Positions 41,981-51,593 of a stretch of DNA of 64,000 nucleotides are shown here, piece by piece (the stretch's first letter is position 1; the number at the start of each line of letters is the position of its first letter). Under the pieces are notes generated by a model that made no database searches, had not been told where the DNA came from, and saw nothing but the letters and a program-made list of their open reading frames with translations. The DNA comes from Alphaproteobacteria bacterium (GTDB lineage: Bacteria; Pseudomonadota; Alphaproteobacteria; JAAXGF01): assembly GCA_963555825.3 (NCBI GenBank), contig CAUVXB020000002.1:192001-256000 (forward strand), given 5' to 3'. A program made the translations under genes and the position numbers.

Positions 41981-42116
41981 ACCGTTGGAAAGCCCCCTGA
42001 CCAACGGGTTAAATTTCGGGCCACATGCCCGAAATCGGGTCTTCGGATCCTACGTCTCCCAGACGTGAAGCCTCCCTGTATTATTAGGCCGGACCTTTTG
42101 GTCCGGCCGTTTTTTT
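41981..42116 (+). ncRNA. Candidate multi-hairpin sRNA (AbcR-like position and anti-SD motifs)
   Basis: Four consecutive hairpins including a UUCG loop, CUCCCA/CCUCCC motifs and a terminator; 5' end uncertain. Confidence 0.55.
42087..42116 (+). terminator. Rho-independent terminator
   Basis: GGCCGGACC-TTTT-GGTCCGGCC followed by G and T7. Confidence 0.85.
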
Positions 42117-42121
42117 GTGCC

Positions 42122-42898
42122 TCAGGCGAGCGTCTCGGTGTGGCCGTCGACGGCGAGCGCCTGGCCCGAGATCTTGGCGCCGGCGTCCGAGCAGACGAAC
42201 ACGATCATCGCCGCGATGTCTTGCGCCTCGACGAAGGTGCCGAGCGAGATCGTGCTCAGGTGGCGCTGGCGCGCGTCATCGAGCGTCTCGCCGCGCAGCT
42301 CGGCCTCGGCCGCGATGACGCGTTCGATGCGCTCGCCGGCCACCGGGCCCGGACAGATGGCGTTGACCCGGATGCCGAATTCGCCGAGTTCCATGGCGAG
42401 CGACTTGGTCATGCCGACGACCGCCCACTTCGACGCGGCATAGGGTCCGCGGTAGGGAAAGCCCATGATGCCGGCGGTCGACGACAGGCCGACGATCGAG
42501 CCGCCGCCAGCCGCCTTGAGCAACGGCACGGCGCGCTTCAGGCAGTAGAAATGGCCGTTGATGTTGACGTCGATGGTGCGCCGCCAGTCGTCGTCGGCCA
42601 TGGTCTCGATGCCGCCGGTCGGCCCGGCGATGCCGGCGTTATTGACCAGCACGTCCAGGCCGCCCAGCGACGCCTCGGCCGCGTCGAACAGGCGGTCGAC
42701 CTGGGCCGGGTCGGCGACGTCGGCGAGCGTCGCGCCGAGCCCCGGCACTTGCGCCTGGATCGCCGCGAGCTTGTCGGCGTCGACGTCGCAGATATGGACG
42801 CGCGCGCCGGCGTCGATGAACGCAATAGCCGTCGCCTTGCCGATGCCATCGGCTGCGGCGGTGATGATGACGCGCTTGCCTTCTAACCCGCTGGTCAT
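42122..42898 (-). CDS. SDR family oxidoreductase
   Basis: 'TAAADGIG', 'VNNAG', 'YAASK', 'VNAICPG'. Confidence 0.92.
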   Translation of the reverse strand: MTSGLEGKRVIITAAADGIGKATAIAFIDAGARVHICDVDADKLAAIQAQVPGLGATLADVADPAQVDRLFDAAEASLGGLDVLVNNAGIAGPTGGIETMADDDWRRTIDVNINGHFYCLKRAVPLLKAAGGGSIVGLSSTAGIMGFPYRGPYAASKWAVVGMTKSLAMELGEFGIRVNAICPGPVAGERIERVIAAEAELRGETLDDARQRHLSTISLGTFVEAQDIAAMIVFVCSDAGAKISGQALAVDGHTETLA

Positions 42899-42911
42899 GC
42901 CGCTCGCTCCC

Positions 42912-43179
42912 TAGTGGATAGAATCCAACATATGGTGCCCATACGATCCCATATCCCGGTTTCTCGGCAGGAGAGCGCCCGCCGGCGATGCATTTGCATC
43001 GGCAAGGGTGTTCGACGCCCCGAGAAGCCGGGATATGGCACCCGCAGGCCGGCGTCCCAAGGTCGCCGGACGCGTTGCCCGATGCTTGTGATGCTCCAGC
43101 ATCACCGCACATCGGGCGCCTTTCCGGGCGACCTTGGGACGCCGTCGTATGGGTACCATATGGTGGATTCTATCCACTA
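42912..43179. repeat. ~268-bp two-armed palindromic element, copy B
   Basis: TAGTGGATAGAATCC...GGATTCTATCCACTA; overlaps the thioesterase stop codon. Confidence 0.9.
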
Positions 43180-43656
43180 TTGCTTGGCCCGCAGGCCGAT
43201 CGAGCCGCCCGCCTGCTTGGGCGTGGGCAAGTCGGCGTGTGCCGTCTCGATGGCGCGCAAGCGCGCCAGGATCGCCGCGGCGAACGGCGCCGCGCGCGGC
43301 TCCGCCATATCGACGTGAAGCCCCATCAACTCGTAGCTCGCGACCAGGCGGCCGTCGTCGCCCCGGCGCATGGTGTGAAACAAATGAAGCCGCTTGTCGT
43401 CGACACCGAGCACCTGGGTGGCCACCGCGAGCGCCGTCCCCTCGCCGACCTCGTCGAGAAAATTGATGTGCGCTTCGAGGGTGTAGACCGACGTCTCGGT
43501 GCGCTCGCGGTAGGCCTGGTCCATGCCGATATGGTCGTAGAAGACGTCCGTCGCGTTGCCGAAGACGAGCACGTAATAGGCCTCGTGCATGTGGCCGTTG
43601 TAGTCGACCCACTCGGGCCGGACCGGCTCGCCGTGCAGCGCGAGCGGCTCGGTCAT
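43177..43656 (-). CDS. Thioesterase (betainyl-CoA thioesterase-like, hotdog fold)
   Basis: 'EWVDYNGHM...YVLVF', 'YTLEAHINFL'; paralogous to the C-terminus of 45900-47393. Confidence 0.88.
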   Translation of the reverse strand: MTEPLALHGEPVRPEWVDYNGHMHEAYYVLVFGNATDVFYDHIGMDQAYRERTETSVYTLEAHINFLDEVGEGTALAVATQVLGVDDKRLHLFHTMRRGDDGRLVASYELMGLHVDMAEPRAAPFAAAILARLRAIETAHADLPTPKQAGGSIGLRAKQ

Positions 43657-44453
43657 CGGCCCTGCCACACGGGCTTGCGCTTCTCGGCGAAGGCGCGCGG
43701 ACCCTCCTTGGCGTCCTCGGAGTCGTAGACCCGGTGAAACGACGGCAGCCGGCCGTCGTGGCGCATCGCCAAGGTCTCGGCGACCGTCAGGTACTCGGTC
43801 GCCAACGCGATCTCCTTGACCGCCGCGACCGCGAGCGGCGCCGCATCGGCGATCGCCTGGGCGATTTCGCGGGCCGTGTCCATGACCCGCGCGCCGGGCA
43901 CGACGCGGTTGGCGAGGCCGCGCTCCAATGCCTCGGCGGCGTCCATGCGCCGCCCCGTGTAGAGGAGCTCGAGCGCCACCGCGCGGGGCAGCCTGGCCAT
44001 CAGCCGCTTGATGCCGATCGGCGCCGGGATCAGCCCGACGTTGACCTCGCTCAGGAAGAACACCGAATGATCGGCCGCGACCATCAGATCGCAGGCGAGC
44101 GCGACCTCGAAACCGCCGGCGACGCAGTAGCCGTTGACCGCGGCGATCACCGGCTTGTCGAGATCGAGGAACTCGGTGACCCCGCCGAAGCCGCCCGAAC
44201 CATAGTCGCTTTCGGTCTCGGAGCGGCCCTGGGCCTCGGCCTGGGCCGCCGCCTTGAGGTCCCAGCCGGCCGAGAAGAACTTGTCGCCGGCGCCGGTCAG
44301 GATGGCGACGCGCAAACTCGGATCGGCGGCGAATTCGGCGAACGCCTGGCCGATGCGCCGGCTCGCCGCGGCGTCGATCGCGTTGGCCGGCGGCCGGTCG
44401 AGCGTGATTTCGAGCACCGCGCCGCGTCGTTCGGTTCGCACCATGTCGGTCAT
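43653..44453 (-). CDS. Enoyl-CoA hydratase / carnitinyl-CoA dehydratase-like
   Basis: 'ITLDRPPANAID', 'FFSAGWDLK', 'KPVIAAVNG', 'EGPRAFAEKR'. Confidence 0.9.
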   Translation of the reverse strand: MTDMVRTERRGAVLEITLDRPPANAIDAAASRRIGQAFAEFAADPSLRVAILTGAGDKFFSAGWDLKAAAQAEAQGRSETESDYGSGGFGGVTEFLDLDKPVIAAVNGYCVAGGFEVALACDLMVAADHSVFFLSEVNVGLIPAPIGIKRLMARLPRAVALELLYTGRRMDAAEALERGLANRVVPGARVMDTAREIAQAIADAAPLAVAAVKEIALATEYLTVAETLAMRHDGRLPSFHRVYDSEDAKEGPRAFAEKRKPVWQGR

Positions 44454-44465
44454 GCTTTTCTCCTT

Positions 44466-44729
44466 ATACCAAGGACCAGTGATAAAGACCCATAGAGACG
44501 GCTTGCCGTGGTTCTCGGCTAGGCGCGCCCGTCGCGGCGATGCAGCGCATCGCAAGATGGGCGGAACGACGACCGGGAGCCTCGGCAAGCCGCCCTTCGG
44601 GTCGCGTCCGCTTATCGCCGGAGGGCGTCAGGCAGCCTAGCCGATGCGCTGCATCGCCCGCGGCTCCCTTGCCTCACCGGCGAAAAGCGGACGCGATCTC
44701 TAGGGGCCTCTATCACTGGTCCTTGGTAT
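44466..44729. repeat. ~264-bp two-armed palindromic element, copy C
   Basis: Perfect 19-bp terminal IR ATACCAAGGACCAGTGATA; internal GGCGATGC-N4-GCATCG hairpin; abuts the acyl-CoA dehydrogenase stop. Confidence 0.82.
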
Positions 44730-45889
44730 TAGCCTTCACGCGGGCGCAACAGCGCGCGCGAGATGATGTGACGCTGAATCTCCGAGGTGCCGTCCCAGAT
44801 GCGCTCGACCCGCGCGTCGCGCCAGAAGCGCTCGATCGGCAGATCCTCCATCAGGCCCATGCCGCCAAAGATCTGCACCGCGTTGTCGGTGACCCGGCCG
44901 AGCATTTCGGTGGCGTAGAGCTTGGCCATCGCGAAATCGGCGTCGGTCGCCGCGTCCTGATCGAGCTTCCAGGCACAGTTGAGCACCAGGAGCTCGGCCG
45001 CCGCGATCTCGGTCGCCATGTCGGCGAGTTTGAACGAGACGCCCTGGAAGCGGCCGATGGTCTGGCCGAACTGCTTGCGCGTCGCCGCCCAGTCGAGCGC
45101 CATCTCATGGACCCGCTGGGCGCGGCCGATGCAATGCGCCGCGACCGTCAGCCGGGTCGCGCCGAGCCACTCGTTGGCGACGTCGAAGCCGTGGTGCTCC
45201 GCGCCAAGCACCTGCTCAGGACCGACCCGGCAATCGGTGAATTCCAGTTCACAGTGATGGAAGCCCCGGTGCGACACCGAAGCCGAACCGCGCCGCACCT
45301 CGAAACCCGGCGTGCCCTTATCGATCAGGAAACTTGTGATCAGTTTCTTGCGCCCGCGCGGCGTTTCCTCCTCGCCCGAGGCGGCGAACAGGATCGCGAA
45401 ATCGGCGCGGTCGGCATAGGAGATGAAGTGCTTGCGGCCGTTGATGACGTAACCATCGCCATCGCGCTCGGCCTTGGTCGTCATGGCGCGCAGGTCCGAG
45501 CCGGCGCCCGGCTCGGTCATCGCCAGGCACTCGACGCGCTCGCCGCGCACCGTCGGCAGCAGATAACGTTCGACCTGGGCGCCGGTGCAGGCGCGCAGGA
45601 TGTTCGACGGCCGGTGCACGATGTACTGCAGGGCGAAGGCGGTGCGCCCCAGCTCGCGTTCCAGCAGCGTGACCGAGACCGCATCGAGGCCGCCACCGCC
45701 GATCTCCTCGGGCATGTTGGCGGCGTAGAAGCCGGCGGCGATGGCCTTGGCGCGGATCTCGGCGTCGAGTTCGGCCGGCACCTCGCCGGTGCGCTCGACC
45801 GCGTCCTCGTGGGGCATCAACTCCCGCGCGACGAAAGCGCGGACGCTGTCGACGATCAGCCGTTGCTCGGTCGAGAGTTCGAAGTCCAT
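44729..45889 (-). CDS. Acyl-CoA dehydrogenase
   Basis: 'AMTEPGAGSD', 'NGRKHFIS', 'RKQFGQTI', 'QIFGGMG', 'IWDGTSEIQR'. Confidence 0.94.
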   Translation of the reverse strand: MDFELSTEQRLIVDSVRAFVARELMPHEDAVERTGEVPAELDAEIRAKAIAAGFYAANMPEEIGGGGLDAVSVTLLERELGRTAFALQYIVHRPSNILRACTGAQVERYLLPTVRGERVECLAMTEPGAGSDLRAMTTKAERDGDGYVINGRKHFISYADRADFAILFAASGEEETPRGRKKLITSFLIDKGTPGFEVRRGSASVSHRGFHHCELEFTDCRVGPEQVLGAEHHGFDVANEWLGATRLTVAAHCIGRAQRVHEMALDWAATRKQFGQTIGRFQGVSFKLADMATEIAAAELLVLNCAWKLDQDAATDADFAMAKLYATEMLGRVTDNAVQIFGGMGLMEDLPIERFWRDARVERIWDGTSEIQRHIISRALLRPREG

Positions 45890-45899
45890 CGCGCACGCC

Positions 45900-47393
45900 C
45901 TACGCGGCGCCGGGGATCGCCATGCGCCCGCCGACCTGCTCGGGCACGGCCAAGTCGGCGTGCGCCGCCATGATCGCGTCGAGCGCCGCGCGCACCTCGG
46001 GCAGGATCGGCGATGTCTTGGGGCCCGCCGTATCGACGTGCAGCAGCATCTGCTCGGTCGTCGCCAGAAGCCCATCGTCGCCGCCGTGGTACATGGCATG
46101 GAAGATGTGCGCCCGCTTGTCGTCGAGGCCGAGGAGCTGGGTGGTGAAGCGCAGGGGTTCGCCCTCGGCCGCCTCGCGGTAGAAATTCAGATGCGATTCG
46201 GCCGTGTAGAACGAGTGCCCCGCGGCGCGGTAGCCCTCGTCGACGCCGATGTAGCGGAACAGCGCGTCCGAGGCCTCGCCGAAGGCATAGAGGTAGAAGC
46301 CCTCGCTCATGTGGCGGTTGTAGTCGACCCAGGCGGGCTCGACGACGCTCGCGAACAGCGCGAGCGGCGCGGCCACCGCATCGCCCGCCCGCCAAGGCGC
46401 GACGTCGCGCCGCGCGTAGCGGTCGCCGGCGTGGGCGCCGAGCCCGGCGCGATATTCGTCGCGCAGCCGCATCGTGTCGATCAACAGGTTGTCGCGCTCG
46501 CGCTCGAGGTCGCGGATCGAGCGCCCGGCCGCCTGCGCGTCGGTGCCCGCGATCATGCCCTCGATCAGCTCCTCGGTCAGCTCGGGCGGCTGGTGCTGGG
46601 TCCAGCTCTGCTCCTTCATGGCCGGGCCGAATTGCTCGAAGTAATGCTCGAGGCCGCCCGTGCCGCCGGCCAGATAGAAGGTCAGGCAGGGCCCGAAGTT
46701 GGCCAGCCTGAGGCCCGGGCCGTCGGCGATCGCGGCGTCGATCTCTTCGGTCGTCGCGCCGCCCTCGGCGACGATGTGCAGCACCTCGCGCCACATCGCC
46801 TCCTGCATGCGGTCCGAGACATAACCCGGCATCTCCTTGCGCACGCGCAGCGGCCGCATGCCGATATGGGCATAGAAGTCGAAGGCCGCGTCGACGGCAT
46901 CGGCGGCGGTTCGCTCGCCGCCCAGCACCTCGCACAACGGCAGCAGATAGACCGGATTGAAGGGGTGGCCGATGACGACGCGCTCAGGCGTCGCGCAGTC
47001 GGCCTGGATAGCGGTCGGCATGAGGCCCGACGAGCTCGACGCCAGGACGACCTCGGGTCGCGCAACATCGTCCATGCGGGCGAACAGCGCGCGCTTGACC
47101 GCCTCGTTCTCGGGTGCGCATTCCTGCACGTAGTCGGCGCCGCCGACCGCGGCCTCGAGGTCGTCGGTGAACTCGATGTGCGTCGGATCCGCGCCCGGCG
47201 CGACGCCGACGCGCTGCAACGCAGGCCAGGCGTTGGCGACGTTGTCGCGCAGGCGTTCTTCGGCGCCCGGCGCCGGATCGGTGACCACGACGTCGATGCC
47301 GCGCGCTGCGAAGCGCGCCGCCCAGCCGCTGCCGATGACGCCACCGCCGACGACCGCGATGCGACGAATTTCGGCGGGTTTCGCTCTGACCAT
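45900..47393 (-). CDS. lcdH: L-carnitine dehydrogenase / betainyl-CoA thioesterase fusion
   Basis: 'GGGVIGSGWAARF', 'QECAPE', 'SSSSGLMP', 'GHPFNPVYLLPLCE'; C-terminal 'WVDYNRHM'. Confidence 0.85.
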   Translation of the reverse strand: MVRAKPAEIRRIAVVGGGVIGSGWAARFAARGIDVVVTDPAPGAEERLRDNVANAWPALQRVGVAPGADPTHIEFTDDLEAAVGGADYVQECAPENEAVKRALFARMDDVARPEVVLASSSSGLMPTAIQADCATPERVVIGHPFNPVYLLPLCEVLGGERTAADAVDAAFDFYAHIGMRPLRVRKEMPGYVSDRMQEAMWREVLHIVAEGGATTEEIDAAIADGPGLRLANFGPCLTFYLAGGTGGLEHYFEQFGPAMKEQSWTQHQPPELTEELIEGMIAGTDAQAAGRSIRDLERERDNLLIDTMRLRDEYRAGLGAHAGDRYARRDVAPWRAGDAVAAPLALFASVVEPAWVDYNRHMSEGFYLYAFGEASDALFRYIGVDEGYRAAGHSFYTAESHLNFYREAAEGEPLRFTTQLLGLDDKRAHIFHAMYHGGDDGLLATTEQMLLHVDTAGPKTSPILPEVRAALDAIMAAHADLAVPEQVGGRMAIPGAA

Positions 47394-47512
47394 GACGGCT
47401 CACTCCGTGTTGCGCCACGCCAGCGCTTGGTACCCGATTCGCGACGCTGGCGAAAGTCCGATCTGTGCTATGACTCTCGGCCGTTGAACCGTGCTGCCAG
47501 GGAGGGCAACCG

Positions 47513-50500
47513 GTGAATGTTGCGGGCTGGTTGCGCGACCTCGGCCTCGATCAATACGCCGAGGCGTTCGCCGAGAACGAGATCGACGGCGAGACGTTGC
47601 CGGCGCTGACCGGCGACGACCTGAAGGAGATCGGCGTCGGCCCGCTCGGCCACCGCAAGAAGCTGCTCGCCGCGATCGCTGAATTGACGACCGAGGAACC
47701 GGCGGTGGCGGAAGAGGAAGCGGCCGCGCCGGCCGGCGAGCGGCGCCAGGTGACCGTGCTGTTCGCCGACATCGCGGGTTACACCAAACTTTCGAGCGCG
47801 CTCGGCGCCGAGGCGACCCACGCGCTGCTCAACCGCTATTTCGAGGCGGTCGACAGCATCGTCGAGCGCTATGGCGGCGCGGTCGACAAGCATATGGGCG
47901 ACAATGTCATGGCGCTGTTCGGTGCACCGATCGCCCACGACGACGACCCGTTGCGCGCGGTGCGCGCCGCGCTCGACATTCACGAGCGGATGACGGCCCT
48001 GGCCGACGAGGCGGGCCACCCCTTGCGCGCCCACATCGGCATCGCCTCGGGCCAGGTCGTCGCCAGCGGCACGGGCAGCGAGACGCACCGCGAATACACC
48101 GTCACCGGCGATTCGGTGAACCTGGCATCGCGTTTGCAGGACACGGCGAAGCCCGGCGAGACGTTGATCTCGGACGCGCTTTATCGGGCTGTTGCCGAGG
48201 CGGTCGACTGCGAGTCGCTCGGCGACATCGCGGTCAAGGGCATAGACGCGCCGGTGCGCGCCTGGCGGGTCGGCGCGCTGCGCGCCGCCGACGACGGCGC
48301 GGATCGCGTCGCCTTCGTCGGCCGGCGCGCCGAGCTGACGCAGTTTTCCGGCGCCGCCGAGGCGTGCCGCGCGAACGGCGCAGGCCAGGCGATCGTCGTG
48401 CGCGCCGAGGCGGGCATGGGCAAGACCCGGTTGGTCGAGGAGTTCACCGCACTCGCCGCCGACCAGGGCTACGCCAGCCACCGCGGGCTGGTGCTCGATT
48501 TCGGCGTAGGCAAGGGCCAGGACGCGATCCGGACGGTGGTGCGCAGCCTGTTGGGCATCGCGCCCGGCGGCGGCAAGACGCTGCGCCAAGCGGCGGCCGA
48601 CACGGCGATCGGCGACGGCATCATCGTGGCCGACCGGCGCGTCTTCCTCAACGACCTCTTGGACCTCGCGCAGCCGGTCGCCGATCGCGCGATGTACGAT
48701 GCCATGGACAACGCGACACGCAACGACGGCAAGCGCGCCGTCGTCGCCGATCTGATCCGCGCCACGAGCGCGACCGCACCGATCGTCATCATCGTCGAAG
48801 ACGTCCATTGGGCGGATCCGTTGTTGCTGAGCCATGTCGCGGCCATGGCGGCGGTGATTGCAGACTGCCCGGCGCTCTTGGTCATGACCTCGCGCATCGA
48901 GGGCGACCCGCTCGATGCGGCGTGGCGCGCGGCGACCGGCGGCTGCCCGCTGATGACCATCGACCTCGGCCCCTTGCGGCGCGACGAGGCGCTGACGCTC
49001 GCCGGCGCCTTCATCGACGCGACCGAAAAGTTCGCCCAGGACTGCATCGAGCGCGCCGGCGGCAACCCGCTGTTCCTCGAGCAACTGCTGCGCAACGCCG
49101 AAGAACGCGCCGACGAGGACATTCCCGCCTCGATCCAGAGCCTGGTGCTGGCGCGCATGGACCGCCTCGAACCCGCCGACAAGCGCGCGCTGCAGGCCGC
49201 CTCGGTGATCGGCCAGCGCTTCGCGCTCGACGTGCTCGGGCACCTGCTCGATGACGCCGACTATGACTGCGCCGGCCTGATCGAGCACCATCTGGCGCGG
49301 CCCGAGGGTGACGACTACCTGTTCGCCCACGCGCTGATCCGCGACGGCGTCTATGCCTCGCTCCTGAAGGCGACGCGGCACGAGCTACACGAGCGCGCGG
49401 CGGCGTGGTTCGCCGATCACGATCTGGTGCTGCGCGCCCAGCATCTCGAGCGCGCCGAACACCCATCCGCGGCATCCGCCTATCTGGAGGCTGCCCAGGC
49501 GCAGGCGGCACTCTATCACTATGACGTCGCGCTCCGTCTCGTCCGGCGCGGTTGCGAGTTGGCCGAAGGCACGACGGACGCCTTTGCACTCACCGCCTAT
49601 CTTGGCGAGCTGCTGCACGATACCGGCGCTGTCGCCGACAGCATGGCGGCGAACCGGCGGGCGCTGGAGATCGCCGGTAACGACGTCGAGCGATGTCGGG
49701 CCTGGATCGGCCTCGCCGCCGTCATGCGGCTTACGAATGACTACGAGGACGCGCTCTCCCTGCTGGAGAAGGCCGAGCCGATCGCGGTGGCGCACGACCT
49801 CACGCTCGACCTCGCGCGCCTCTACCACTTGCGCGGCAACCTCTACTTCCCGCTCGGCCGGGTCAAGGCCTGCGGCGAGGCGCATGAAAAGGGTCTGGCC
49901 CATGCGCGCCAATCCGGCGATGCCGAGGCCGAGGCCCGCGCGCTCGGCGGCATGGGCGACGCCGCCTATATGCGCGGCCATATGCTCACGGCGCACCGAA
50001 ACTTCAGCGACTGCGTCGCGCTGTCGCGCCGGCAGGGCTTCGGCAGGATCGAGATCGCCCACCAGCCGATGGCGGGGCTGACGCTGATGTATGCCAACCA
50101 ATTTCGTGCCTCACGGGAGACCACGCTGGCCGCCGCCGACGCAGCCGCGCGGGTCGGCCGTCTGCGCGCCGAGCTCAACGCCGTCGCCTGCGCCTTCCAC
50201 GCGATGGTCGATCTCGGCGAGATCGACGATGCCGATGCGCTGATGGCGCAATACAACGCCTTGATTGACAGGCTTGGCGCGCAAGCCTGGGAGCAGGCCG
50301 CATTGGCCGTCGAGGCGGTCGTGCAGCATATCCGGGGCCAGCATGACCAGGCGATCGACACGCTGCGACGCGCGCTGGTCCGCTCGCGCGAGACGACGAC
50401 AGAATTCTACGGACCGATAATTCTGGCCCGCATCGCGGAGTTCACCGACGACCCCACCGAACGCGAACAAGCGCTCAGCGAAGGCGAGGCGATGCTCGAG

Positions 50501-50803
50501 GCGGGAACCATCGGGCACAACTATCTGAGCTTCTTCCGCCACGCCGTCGATGCCTGCCTCAAGGCCGGCGATTGGGACCGGGCGGAGCGCTACGCCGACG
50601 CGCTCGAGGACTACACCTGCGCTGAGCCGCTGCCCTGGTCCGACTTCTTCATCGCGCGCGGCCGGGCGCTTGTGGCTCATGGCCGCGGCGGACGTGACGA
50701 AACCACGATGCAGGAGCTGAAGCGCTTGCGCGATGAAGCCGAGCGGGTCGGTTTGAAGCCAGCCCTGCCGGCGCTCGACGCGGCGCTCGCCGAATCAGAT
50801 TGA
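47513..50803 (+). CDS. SAM + class III adenylate/guanylate cyclase + AAA ATPase + TPR protein
   Basis: 'WLRDLGLDQY', 'VLFADIAGYT', 'DKHMGD', 'GDSVNLASRL', 'AEAGMGKT', 'EDVHWAD', 'GGNPLFLE'. Confidence 0.92.
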   Translation: MNVAGWLRDLGLDQYAEAFAENEIDGETLPALTGDDLKEIGVGPLGHRKKLLAAIAELTTEEPAVAEEEAAAPAGERRQVTVLFADIAGYTKLSSALGAEATHALLNRYFEAVDSIVERYGGAVDKHMGDNVMALFGAPIAHDDDPLRAVRAALDIHERMTALADEAGHPLRAHIGIASGQVVASGTGSETHREYTVTGDSVNLASRLQDTAKPGETLISDALYRAVAEAVDCESLGDIAVKGIDAPVRAWRVGALRAADDGADRVAFVGRRAELTQFSGAAEACRANGAGQAIVVRAEAGMGKTRLVEEFTALAADQGYASHRGLVLDFGVGKGQDAIRTVVRSLLGIAPGGGKTLRQAAADTAIGDGIIVADRRVFLNDLLDLAQPVADRAMYDAMDNATRNDGKRAVVADLIRATSATAPIVIIVEDVHWADPLLLSHVAAMAAVIADCPALLVMTSRIEGDPLDAAWRAATGGCPLMTIDLGPLRRDEALTLAGAFIDATEKFAQDCIERAGGNPLFLEQLLRNAEERADEDIPASIQSLVLARMDRLEPADKRALQAASVIGQRFALDVLGHLLDDADYDCAGLIEHHLARPEGDDYLFAHALIRDGVYASLLKATRHELHERAAAWFADHDLVLRAQHLERAEHPSAASAYLEAAQAQAALYHYDVALRLVRRGCELAEGTTDAFALTAYLGELLHDTGAVADSMAANRRALEIAGNDVERCRAWIGLAAVMRLTNDYEDALSLLEKAEPIAVAHDLTLDLARLYHLRGNLYFPLGRVKACGEAHEKGLAHARQSGDAEAEARALGGMGDAAYMRGHMLTAHRNFSDCVALSRRQGFGRIEIAHQPMAGLTLMYANQFRASRETTLAAADAAARVGRLRAELNAVACAFHAMVDLGEIDDADALMAQYNALIDRLGAQAWEQAALAVEAVVQHIRGQHDQAIDTLRRALVRSRETTTEFYGPIILARIAEFTDDPTEREQALSEGEAMLEAGTIGHNYLSFFRHAVDACLKAGDWDRAERYADALEDYTCAEPLPWSDFFIARGRALVAHGRGGRDETTMQELKRLRDEAERVGLKPALPALDAALAESD

Positions 50804-50827
50804 TTTAAGCAGAAGGGAGGCAACGCC

Positions 50828-51580
50828 ATGGATTTCACAGATAAACGCGTGCTGGTCACCGGCGCGAGCCGGGGCATCGGCAACGCGACCGCCGCGGCGT
50901 TCCTCGACCGCGGCGCCAGGATCGCGGTCAACGGCAGCTCGGCAGAGACGACCGCCCGGGCGGTCGAGGCGTTGGGCGGTGGCGCGATCGTCGCGGCGCC
51001 CGGCGATGTTGCCACCAAGGCGGGCTGCGACGCGGTGGTCGGCGCCGCACTCGACGGCCTCGGCGGGCTCGACATCCTGGTCAACAACGCCGGGGTCTAC
51101 GAAACCGGCGCGGTCGGGGAATTCGACGAGGCCGCCTGGGACCGCATGATCGACATCAACGTCAAGGGCGTCTTCTTCTGCACCCGGGCGGCGATCGAGG
51201 CATTGCGCGCGAGCGGCGGCAACATCGTCAACACCGCTTCGGTCTCGGGCCTCATCGGGCACCCCGATTCGGCGGTCTACTGCGCCTCGAAGGGCGCGGT
51301 GGTCAACATGACCCGCGCGATGGCGCTCGAATTCGCGCCGACCGTCCGGGTCAACTGCATCTGCCCGGGCGGCGTCGACACCGACATGATGCGCCAGGGT
51401 CTCGCGCCCGGCGCCGAGGTCGAGGCGTCGCTCGCCGCGTCGGCCGCCGGGCACCCGCTCGAACGCATCGCGACCGCCGAGGAGATCGCCACCGGCATCC
51501 TCTACCTGGCTTCCTACGACGCGCGCTTCATCACCGGCGCGGCGCTCGCCATCGACGGCGGTCTCGCGGCCGGCCAGTGA
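50828..51580 (+). CDS. SDR family oxidoreductase
   Basis: 'TGASRGIG', 'VNNAG', 'YCASK'. Confidence 0.93.
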   Translation: MDFTDKRVLVTGASRGIGNATAAAFLDRGARIAVNGSSAETTARAVEALGGGAIVAAPGDVATKAGCDAVVGAALDGLGGLDILVNNAGVYETGAVGEFDEAAWDRMIDINVKGVFFCTRAAIEALRASGGNIVNTASVSGLIGHPDSAVYCASKGAVVNMTRAMALEFAPTVRVNCICPGGVDTDMMRQGLAPGAEVEASLAASAAGHPLERIATAEEIATGILYLASYDARFITGAALAIDGGLAAGQ

Positions 51581-51593
51581 ACGGACGGACGGC

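Noticed and set aside
41461-43728. ORFs crossing the 268-bp repeats (e.g. 41590-42024, 42914-43318, 42988-43728)
   Set aside because: Translations of palindromic elements or antisense of real genes; no protein motifs
47513-50803. Cyclase-ATPase-TPR protein as a novel defence STAND
   Set aside because: Common architecture in Alphaproteobacteria with canonical residues and a metabolic neighbourhood
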